Source of the DNA: Polymyxa betae A26-41
Lineage: Eukaryota; Protista; Endomyxa: Phytomyxea
Direction of reading: 5' to 3'
DNA: 33,058 bases
Assembly (NCBI GenBank): GCA_003693705.1
Contig: RBZT01001000.1
Coordinates: 1 to 33,058 of the forward strand
Made by a program: the position numbers and the translations under genes. Shown here in pieces: positions 22,601 to 33,058 of this stretch; positions within the stretch are counted from its first letter, which is position 1; every line of letters starts with the position of its first letter. The notes below the pieces were generated by a model. It saw nothing but the letters and a program-made list of their open reading frames with translations. It was not told where the DNA came from and did not search any database.

Positions 22601-25600
22601 TGGGACGTACTCTCCGTTTAATCTGCAAGCAGGCTGTCTTCAAATATCCGAATCAAAAGAGAATCGAATGGATTACAGAGAATTTGGGTATGGTTGGAAT
22701 CGTGGGTGGTCAAATCTGGTGGACCTGGCAGGTTGAAGATGCTTTCCGTCAAGTTAAGGTCAATAATAAGCATGCTGTCAAACATCTGGCACAGAAGTTA
22801 ACTAAACAGCTTTCCGATCTGGTCGATTGTGTTCGATCAAATGATATTGATGGACACACACGAAAAAAGATCAACACCATGATTATCATTGATGTCCATG
22901 CTCGTGATATTGTCGATCGATTCGTTAGAGATTCTATATTGGACGCTCGAGAATTTGATTGGGAATCCCAGTTGCGTTTCTACTGGCGTCAAGATGTTGA
23001 TGATATTCGTATCAGACAATGTACTGGTGAATTTAAATATGGATACGAATATCAAGGTCTCAATGGTCGTTTGGTTATTACACCATTAACAGATCGATGC
23101 TATATGACATTAACTCAAGCTTTGACATTTCATATGGGTGGATCACCAGCAGGACCTGCTGGTACTGGCAAGACAGAAACAGTTAAAGATTTAGCTAAAG
23201 CTATGGCATTGCTTTGTGTTGTTACTAACTGTGGTGATGGGCTCGATTATCGTGCTATGAGTTCAATATTCTCTGGTCTAGTTCAGGCTGGTGCTTGGGG
23301 CTGTTTCGACGAATTCAATCGAATTGATCTTGAAGTTCTATCGGTTGTATCTACACAGTTACGATGTATTCAAATGGCATTAAAATCTGCTAAGGATAAG
23401 TATGAGTTTCCTGATTTTCATGGTTCATAATTAAGCCATTTGAATCAGGTTTGATTTTATGGGTCGAGAAATTCGCTTGCGGTCGTCATGTGGCTTCTTT
23501 ATCACCATGAATCCAGGTTATGCTGGACGTACTGAATTGCCAGATAATTTGAAAGCATTATTTCGGCCTGTCACAATGGTTATTCCCGATCTGTTACAAA
23601 TCTGTGAAATCATGCTGTTTAGTGAAGGATTCTCATCAGCTCGTATATTAGGTCAGATACCCAGAGCTACATATTTACTTTATTAAAACGTTTTATAGCA
23701 AAGAAGATGACTGTTCTATACAAGCTATCTAGTGAGCAATTATCAAAGCAATGTCATTATGATTTCGGATTGAGAGCACTAAAATCGGTTCTGGTTATGG
23801 CTGGTGCGTTAAAACGCGATGCTCCAGAATTTGATGAGAATATGGTGTTAATGCGAGCACTTCGTGATATGAATCTGCCCAAATTTGTCTATGATGATGT
23901 ACCTCTGTTCTTGGGTCTGATTAATGATCTGTTCCCGGGAGTTGAATGTCCTCGTGTTGGACATCAGCAATTAACTGCTTCCGTTCGTGAAGAACTCACA
24001 ACTCGTGGATATCATCACAGTAATGAGGCATTATTCAATCTACAAGTTGATAAAGTTGTTCAACTATATGAAACTATGTTAACAAGACATACCTGTATGG
24101 TTGTTGGTCCAACTCGTGGTGGAAAATCTCTTGTAATTGAGACATTAACTCGAGCACAATTATTAGCATTCTCAACTGTTGTCAAGACCCAGATTCTCAA
24201 TCCTAAAGCACAATCTGTATCAGAATTATATGGTGTTCTGGATCCCATGACCAGAGATTGGACTGATGGAGTTCTATCCAAAATATTTCGTGAAGCAAAT
24301 GAGCCCCTAAAACCCGATCAGAAAGAGATGCGCTGGATTATCTTTGATGGAGATGTTGATGCTCTTTGGGTTGAGAGTATGAACTCGGTTATGGATGATA
24401 ATAAGCTTCTCACATTACCGAATGGTGAACGTATTCGGCTACAAGATCATGTGAAATTATTAATAGAAGTTGCTGATCTTCAACATGCATCTCCTGCAAC
24501 AGTTAGTCGATGTGGTATGGTCTATGTAGATCCTAAGAATCTTGGTCATCAACCATTTCTCGGTATGATAACTTAACGCGATTCTTTCTCTATTTTAATT
24601 TCAGTATTTGCAGAAAAATGGTTGAATAGCCGAGCTGGAACCAATCCGAAAGAAGCAGCTGCATTAAAGCCGATATTACAGAAGTATATTGATATTAGTG
24701 TTGAATTCGTAATGGGCCCATCTACGTCTAATGATAATAATAACTTACGATATGTAATTCCACTATCTGCATTAAATCTAGTAGAGCAGTTCTGTGCTCT
24801 ATATAGTTCTGTTCTGGGATCTGAACAAACCGATGATGATGCTCTGCTGGAATCCTTGACTATATTCTGCTTAGTTTGGTCATTGGGTGCATCCTTACTA
24901 GAACAGTCACGACCACGATTTGATTCTTTTATTAAGCAGGTCAGTAATAATGTATATTGGTCATCTGTAATGCTTTAGCTTAACGTTCTCATTAGTTAAG
25001 TGGAAGGCCTACCGTATTTCCAGCACCTTCAAAATCTCAGCTACCTAGCTCATCACTATTTGATTGGTATTTTGATATCAAGGCAAAGAAATGGGTTGCC
25101 TGGGCTGATGATGTCGAGGACTATGTTGCTCCAGATCCTTTCCAATTCGGTCAGATATTAGTTCCAACAGTTGATACTGTATGTTATACATATATGCTAC
25201 AAAGATATACAGAAGTTCAGAAACCATTCTTAATGGTTGGTGCATCAGGAACTGCTAAGACTGTTATCATTCAGAGATATATGAATAATCTTGATCCAGA
25301 TCGCTATAACTCCCTCAATATTAATTTCTCATCCCGAACTTCTTCTATCGATGTACAGCGTATCATTGAGGATAATGTTGATAAGCGAACTGGACACATT
25401 TATGGTCCTCCTTCCGGAAAGAAATTGACTGTTTGCTTTGATGATCTAAATATGCCAATTGTTGATAAATATGGGACACAACAGCCAATTGCATTATTGA
25501 AATTCTTATTAGAGCGAGGCATCATGTATGATCGAGGTTCAGATCTTGCACTTCATTCAATACGAGATTTGTTATATATAGCAGCTATGGCACCTCCTGG

Positions 25601-28600
25601 TGGTGGACGTAATCCTGTTGATCCAAGATTTATATCTCTATTTGCTGTTATTAATGTCGCCTTCCCATCAACTGAATCACTTCATTCCATTTATTCATCT
25701 ATACTAACACAACATACAAGATCATTCTCAAATTCCATTCGAGATTTAGTACCAACCATAACAGCAGCTACAATGAAAGTTTATTCTGCTCTTATTGATC
25801 GCATGCCTGCCACACCATCCAAATTTCATTACATATTTAATCTTCGTGATTTATCACGAATATATGAAGGATTATGTTTATCATTACCTGAAGTTGTTTC
25901 TGAGCCAGCTATATTGATTCGTTTATGGAGAAATGAATGTCTTCGAGTGTTTCATGATCGACTTATTACTGATGATGATAGAAGGATTATACAGGAAGAG
26001 ATTCTGGGAAAAGTCGTGAAAGAATACTGGCCCTCTTATATGACCAATGTCATGGCTAATCCGGTTCTGTTTGGAGATTTCCGAAGAGCGAACAGTTCGA
26101 CTGAAGCGATTCGTATATATGAAGATCTGGGTAAGGCTCATTATATTCCTTAATGATTTCGTTTGTAATTATCTTACAGCCACATATGAAACAGTTCGAG
26201 CTGTTTTTGAGGAGACTCTTACTCGATATAATTCCAATAATTCTTCAATGACAATGAATTTGGTTCTTTTCCAAGATGCACTCGAACATCTAGTTCGTAT
26301 TCATCGTATTGTCAGGATGCCAAGAGGAAATGCATTATTGGTTGGAGTTGGAGGAAGTGGCAAACAAAGCCTTACTCGTTTAGCAGCATGCTGTGCTGAC
26401 TGCTATTTGTTTGAAGTTCAATTAAGTCGTGGTTATGGAGAAGCTGAGTTTCGAGAGGATTTGAAACGTCTTTATGGGCGTCTCGTTAAAGAGCCAGTCG
26501 TCTTTATGTTTAGTGATGCTCATGTAGTCGATGAATCATTCTTAGAGCTCATTAACAATATGTTAACCACGGGTGTTGTTCCTGCCTTATTCTCAGATGA
26601 AGAAAAATCGTCCTTAATTGAATCTGTTCGGAAAGAATTCGATAATGGATCTGCAGCTGGAATCTGGCCTCTTATTATCAATAGGTTTGTGATAGTATTT
26701 TAGAGGAATTAGTGAAATTGATTTCCTATGTAGATGTCGTGACAATTTACATATTGTATTGTGTATGTCACCAGGAGGGGATCAACTTCGAAGACGTTGT
26801 AGATCATTCCCTGGCTTAGTCTGTAATACAGTTATAGATTGGTTCTTCACATGGCCAAGCGATGCATTACTTGCTGTTGCTAATCATTTTCTCTATGATG
26901 AACAAGTACCAGAAGAACATAAATCCCAAGTTATACAGCATATGGTAAAAATTCATCTCTCTGTACAATCATATAGTGTCAAATTTATGCAAGAATTGAG
27001 ACGACACAATTCAGTTACTCCCAAGAACTATCTCGGTATAATCATGCAATGATGTATGCTTGTAGGTTTAATTATCATGTTTAGATTATATTGGCAATTA
27101 TCGAAGGAAACTGTCGGAATGTCGTCTGGAGAATGATAGAAAATCCAAGAGGCTAGTTGGTGGACTGCAAAAGTTGATAGAAGCAGCAGAGGCTGTTGAT
27201 GCTATGCAAGAAGAACTAAAAGAGAAGAAAGTAATCCTATTAATATTGTCATATCTGATATGAAGGGATTTTAACAATGTTCAGGTTATTGTTGACGCAG
27301 CTGCTATGGAATGTACTAAAATGATCGAACAAATTCGACAAAGAAGTGCAGAAGTTGAACAGAAACGAAAACTCGCCAATGAGAAGAACCATGATCTTCA
27401 ATTAGAAGGCGAACGTATCGCTCAAGAGAAGAAACTTGCTGAGGAGGCGCTAGATGAGGCTTTACCTGCATTAGAGGCAGCTGCTGAGGCACTCAAGAAC
27501 TTGAAGAAGGATGATATTACTATGGTGAAATCTTATGCTAATCCACCTGGTTCTGTTAAAGACGTTTGTCAATGTGTTCTTGAATTAAAACCATTCGGAA
27601 AGGAAGATCCATCTCAAGGATGGGTATCATCTCTTTGATTCAATATATTGTCATTGCTCTGATTATGGCCTTTCAGGCTGGAGCTAAATCAATGATGAGC
27701 GATCCGGCATTCTTATCTAAACTCCAAAATTATCCACGAGATGACATTACTGATAAACAAGTTCAGAAAGTTACCAAGATTCTGAAGAAGAAGACCGATG
27801 CAAAATCAGCTGTCACTGTTGAGAATCTGGGTAACCTTATCTGCTTATAAAGTAATCCATCGGGTTTATGTTCAATGTAGATCGAATAAGTGCTGCTGGT
27901 AAAGGTCTGCTTGTATGGGTTCTAGCAATTATTGAATACAATCGCGTTGCCAAGAATGTTGAACCTCGAAGGAAGAAGGTCAAAGCTATGGAGAAAGAAA
28001 TGGCACAATCACAGGCAGATCTACGTCAGATTCGGACTGAACTCGGCCAGTTGGAAGCCGAAATTGCTCAATTGAGTCAAAGTTACGAAGAGAAAAGCAC
28101 TGAATCTCGTGAACTAGCACAAGAAGCTGAGAAGATGGCTCAATATTTAGCAGCTGCGAATAAGCTGATTCAGGGTCTGGGAAGTGAGAGAACTCGTTGG
28201 TCCAAAGATAAAGACGAGCTACAGATCAAGAAGACGCGATTTGTTGGTGATTGTGTTCTAGCAGCTGCATTCCTATCATATACTGGAGCTTTTACATTCA
28301 GCTACAGGAATGAGATGATTTACAATGATTGGCAATCAGATTTGATATCAAGAAAAGTACCTCTGACAAGTCCATTTCGATTAGAAGTTCTTCTAACAAC
28401 ACCTGTTCAAATCTCATCTTGGGTTAGTGAAGGTTTACCAGCAGATGAGTTATCCATACAGAATGGTATTCTCACGACACAAGCGTCAAGATTTCCTCTT
28501 TGTATCGATCCACAAATGCAAGCTCTTAAGTGGATTAAAGAAAGAGAGTCTCGTGTCAAGAAGCTAACCGTTCAAACTTTCAACGATCCCGATTTTCTCA

Positions 28601-31600
28601 AATATCTCGAACTTTGCATTCAGTTTGGAAATCCATTTTTATTCGAAGGAGTTGATGAAGATGTCGACCCAATTATCAACCCAATTCTGGAAAAGAATTT
28701 TATCGTATCTGTAGGGACGTTCTCACACATTTATGCCAGTTGTGATTTGTTTTAGGGGTCAGGAAAACAATTACAGCTTGGAGAGAAGCTAATCGATTGG
28801 GATGATGGATTCCGACTATACATGGTTACAAAATTGAGTAACCCGGAATATTCAGCCGAGTTAGCTGGGAGAACCATGATTATTAATTATAGTGTGACAT
28901 TAACAGGATTAGAAGATCAATTACTGGATGTTGTTGTTGGTAATGAGAGGCCCGATTTACAACAACAACGAGAAGAGTTAATTCAGACGATGAGTAAGAA
29001 TAGCATCAAGCTCGCTGAATTGGAAGCTGTTCTACTTCGTGTATGTTCGACGACATTTTATCTATTGAAAAACTGAACGCTGTGATACTTTAGGAGCTGA
29101 CAGAAGCTACTGGAAATATTCTTGAGAACTCAGTACTGATTGGGGTTCTGGAGAACGCCAAAAGCAAATCCGTCTCAATTGCAGAACAGCTGGAGGAAAG
29201 TGCAATTACTGCTGCTGAGCTGGAGAAAGTAACTGCTGGATATCGACCAGCTGCACATCGTGGTGCCATTCTGTTCTTTGCTATGGCTGGTCTATCAAAT
29301 ATCAGTAAGATGTATGAATATTCACTATCATCATATCTGCTTCTGTTCTCGCGAGCTTTGACAACAAGTGAACGAGATCCCATGATTAATTACAGACTGA
29401 AGAACATCATCCTGAAATTAACAAAGATGGTCTATGATTATGTTTGTACTGGAATATTTGAGCGACATAAGCTCATGTTCTCTTTTCAAATGACGGTCAC
29501 AATTATGGAAGATAGTTTAGATCGACAAGAATTAGATTTCTTTTTGAAAGGGAACGTCGCTTTAGACAGCGATGACAAAGTGAAACCAGCTGAATGGATT
29601 GGTTCTAAGGCCTGGAAAGATCTGCAGAAATTGTCCACTGCCAATGCTATATTTAATGATGTTCGCAAACATATTCAGACATATTCTGATGAATGGAAAC
29701 GATGGCAGGTATGAGATTGTTGATTGGGAAATATATAGAATGTAAATCTGTATTAGGAACGTGAGAGGCCTGAAGATGATCCAATGCCTGGTGATTTCAC
29801 ATCGAATCTTTCCCGAATGCAGCAGATGTTGATTATGAGATGTCTCCGACCTGATCGTATTTACAGCTGTGTTAGACGATTCATTATTGAGACGATGGGA
29901 GATTCATATTTCGTCCAACCTCCAGTATTGGAGTTCAATAGAATTCTGGCACAAACTTCTTCAAAGAGTCCAGTTGTCTTTATATTATCACCAGGCGCTG
30001 ATCCCATGATCGAGCTCGATAAGCTGGCTGATCAGAACGAGGTCAAGCAAGCTAATAGATTCCGGCATTTAGGTAAGCTGGTGATCGATGTTATCCAATC
30101 AAAAGAAATCTGATTGTATTGCAATATAGCTTTGGGACAAGGTCAGGGTGATATTGCTTTATCACTATTAAAACTAGGATCATCAAGAGGATTCTGGGTT
30201 GTATTACAGAACTGTCACCTAATGCCATCTTGGCTCAAAACATTAGAGAAGACATTAGAATCATTGTCATTGACATCAGTTCATCCAGATTTTCGTCTAT
30301 GGTTAACAACAGACCCAACTCCTAGATTTCCATTAGGTTAGTCTGTTCATCAGATCTTGCAGAGTTTTAATTCTAATTCTTTGAGTAGGTGTTTTGCAGA
30401 GATCAATGAAAGTTGTTACTGAGCCACCTGATGGTCTTCGATTGAATATTCGTAGTAATTATTCACGTATTACTGATGATATGCTACATGATTGTCATCA
30501 TCCTGTATTTCCATCATTAGTTTATGTATTGAGTTTTTTCCATGCTGTTGTACAAGAACGTCGAAAATATGGCAAGATAGGCTGGAATGTACCTTATGAT
30601 TTCAATGAGAGCGACTTTAATGTATCTTTCCGCTTATTGTCCATGTATTTAACAAAGGCTTGGCAGAACCAGGACGAGATGATTCCCTGGGACTCATTTC
30701 GTTATTTAATAGGAGAAGCAATGTATGGAGGCAGAGTAACTGATAGCTATGATCGACGTGTTCTTATCACATATCTTGATGAATATATGGGAGACTTCTT
30801 ATTTGATAAGTCTCAGGAATTCTACTTCTCTAGATCTGGATTTGATTATGATATTCCATCTGCTACATCAGTACACGAATATGATGAACGAATTCAGCAA
30901 ATACCATTAGATTATAGCCCGGAAGTGTTTGGTCTTCACAGCAATGCTGAAATTGGCTATTACACAAACGCAACCAAGCAGATGTGGAAAGATTTAATCG
31001 ATTTACAGCCTCGAACTGTGACAACAGGATCTGGCACATCACGTGAAGATATTATAACAAATGTAGCAAGTGATATTCAACACAAGGTACCAGAACCTTT
31101 TGATATTGTCACTATACGAAAATCGTTTGAATCTGCAGCTGCTATTCGTACAAATCGACCTGAGGAACCAACCCCACCTACTGCTGTTGTATTATTGCAA
31201 GAATTAGAACGATGGAATATATTAGTTACGAAAATGGCAGCTTCGTTGGTGGACCTGCAGAAGGCTCTAACAGGAGAGATCGGGATGTCAGCTGAACTAG
31301 AATCTCTGGCGACATCATTGTATAATGGATATCTACCTGAGATGTGGAGACCATTAGCACCTCAAACTAAGAAGATGCTGGGTAGCTGGATGCAGCATTT
31401 CCAGAGAAGACATGATCAATATTTGCAATGGATTAGAGATAGAGATGATCCAGTTGTTATGTGGCTTAGTGGTCTACATATTCCTGAATCTTATCTAACT
31501 GCTCTAGTACAAACTACATGTAGACGAAGGAAATGGTCTCTGGATAAATCAACATTATATACCAAGGTTACAACAATGATTAGTGCTGATCAAGTTAAAA

Positions 31601-31911
31601 GCAGACCTGTTGATGGATGTTATATTCAAGGATTATATCTTGAAGGGGCTGGATGGGATCTCGAGAAATCGTGTCTAGCTCGACCGAATCCTAAGCAGCT
31701 GATTGTAGAACTTCCCATATTGCAGGTTATACCTATAGAAGTGAGCAAGCTGAAGTTAGCGAACATATTCCGAACACCAGTCTATGTAACTCAGGATAGA
31801 AGAGGCGGTATGGGAGATGGATTTGTATTTGAGGCTGATCTATCTGCTATGGAACATTCAAGTCATTGGATATTACAGGGGACTGCCCTTGTATTAAATA
31901 CTGATATTTAA
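16608..31911 (+). CDS. DNAH10: Axonemal inner-arm I1/f dynein heavy chain alpha (DNAH10-like), full length, ~35 introns
   Basis: Starts [11 protein letters not shown]. Tail motifs [27 protein letters not shown] and [11 protein letters not shown]-loops [24 protein letters not shown] and GVGGSGKQ; stalk/MTBD; AAA5 [11 protein letters not shown]; AAA6 ALGQGQG; C-terminus [17 protein letters not shown] traced 35 GT-AG introns with no frameshift, giving ~4,500 aa. Confidence 0.93.
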
Positions 31912-32155
31912 TTCATCTAAACATATCGATCTCCAAATAAATCACTAAATCATATATTGCACTCTGGCGTGATGGTAGGGCGAGGAGGGATTATTGATCT
32001 TGGGAGTGAGGATGGCGTATATGACAGATCTCTGCAGCAGCAGAGCGGGCCCAAGAGGATCCCATAGTGACGCTTAGACAATCTGTAAGCATGGCCGGCG
32101 CCAAGACTGAGGTCGGGGTTAAACAGAGCCACTGATCCTACCTAGCTACATATAC

Positions 32156-32449
32156 TCAACCCAATTCTGGAAAAGAATTTTATCGTACCTGTAGGGACGT
32201 TCTCACACATTTATGCCAGTTGTGATTTGTTTTAGGGGTCAGGAAAACAATTACAGCTTGGAGAGAAGCTAATCGATTGGGATGATGGATTCCGACTATA
32301 CATGGTTACAAAATTGAGTAACCCGGAATATTCAGCCGAGTTAGCTGGGAGAACCATGATTATTAATTATAGTGTGACATTAACAGGATTAGAAGATCAA
32401 TTACTGGATGTTGTTGTTGGTAATGAGAGGCCCGAATTACAACAACAAC
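32156..32449 (+). pseudogene. Duplicated internal fragment of the dynein gene (copy of 28676-28969)
   Basis: 294-bp direct repeat at an offset of 3480 with two mismatches (28708 T / 32188 C; 28956 T / 32436 A). It includes the intron 28711-28755. Confidence 0.95.
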
Positions 32450-32623
32450 TTACTGCTTGCTCAACAACGTTATTGTAAGGAAATGGATGATCTGGAGTAG
32501 GCTACATAGCAGGCGAACAAGCTTTAGCAAAAGGCGAATAGATTCGTGAATGGTGTAATAGAGATGTCAAAGGGGCTTAAATAATTGATTTTCGAAGGAG
32601 CCCTACCTGATACTACAAGGAGA

Positions 32624-32862
32624 CCAGATTGTCATTTTCAGAACTCAAACCCAAAAATGACACGTTATAGGGTCTCAAACCAAAAAATGACACGTTATAG
32701 GGTCCAAAAAATGACACGTTATAGGACCCTATAACGTGTCATTTTTGGGTTTGAGTTCTGAAAATGACAATCTGGGGTCTTTTAATGCGTCATTTTTGAA
32801 AATAAATTCTAAAAATGACACGTTATAAGACCCTATAACGTGTCATTTTTGGGTTTGAGTTC
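32624..32862. repeat. Foldback array of direct and inverted copies of AAAAATGACACGTTATA(GGGTC)
   Basis: 51-bp perfect inverted repeat 32624-32674 / 32725-32775. Four forward core copies (near 32653, 32683, 32707, 32811) and two inverted copies (near 32725, 32829). 32707-32758 recurs at 32811-32862 with one mismatch. Confidence 0.95.
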
Positions 32863-33020
32863 GTTTCAGTGGAAGAAAAATTCGGGAATAACCGATCAGT
32901 TATAGATGTAACCACTACGACTTCAACACTGCTGCTGATTCGCCGAATACGAGGCTCTCGCTGGGGCAGACGTTGAATTTCACTCAGTGAGCGAGGGGGC
33001 TCATTCTGGCTCTGGTCCAT
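32823..33020 (-). other. Short ORF that looks like a gene 5' end running into the repeat array
   Basis: ATG at 33020 in an A-rich context (TTAAACA-ATG) like other starts in the window, preceded by a pyrimidine-rich leader. About 53 non-repeat codons (MDQSQNEPPRSL...SSTET) then enter the array at 32862 and stop inside it. Confidence 0.4.
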
Positions 33021-33058
33021 TGTTTAATGACAAGAGAAAACGGGATTGGAAACAAAGT

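Noticed and set aside
16608-31911. Dynein appearing as dozens of broken ORFs (pseudogene, frameshifting or alternative genetic code)
   Set aside because: Every break is explained by a short GT-AG intron in the correct phase under the standard code.
32560-32585. GGGGCTTA resembling the RNase MRP CR-V motif
   Set aside because: No complementary CR-I (GAAAGTCCCC-like) sequence is found upstream.
32624-32862. CRISPR array or telomeric repeat
   Set aside because: There are no unique spacers, the repeats occur in both orientations, the context is eukaryotic and no cas genes are present. TTATAGGG/GGGTTT words are not tandemly arrayed as telomere repeats are.

Overview
Gene-dense eukaryotic nuclear DNA, AT-rich, standard genetic code, with many very short (~45-55 nt) GT-AG introns and tiny intergenic gaps. 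The ORF track breaks most genes into pieces; spliced by eye they give, in order: a probable gene 3' end (1-69), WDR48/UAF1 (+), Sec24 (-), XPG/Rad2 (-), NIP7 (-), BCP1/BCCIP (+), a CFAP99-like coiled-coil protein (-), a tandem-PHD protein (+), mitochondrial-type citrate synthase (-) and a complete ~4,500-aa axonemal inner-arm dynein heavy chain of the DNAH10/I1-alpha type (+, ~35 introns). The organism is therefore a flagellated protist with a compact genome; a phytomyxid is my guess, by inference only. The main anomaly is the last ~1.1 kb. It is a mosaic of an unidentified GC-richer piece, a 294-bp intron-retaining near-perfect copy of an internal dynein segment, a foldback array built from one ~22-bp motif (with a 51-bp perfect inverted repeat), and an apparently truncated gene start pointing back into it. 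Other notable points are two RanBP2-type zinc fingers inside XPG, two 60S-biogenesis genes head-to-head across a palindrome-rich 106-bp gap, a possible structured RNA upstream of XPG, and a steep GC3 gradient within WDR48. All exon boundaries and counts were made by hand and no database search was run.
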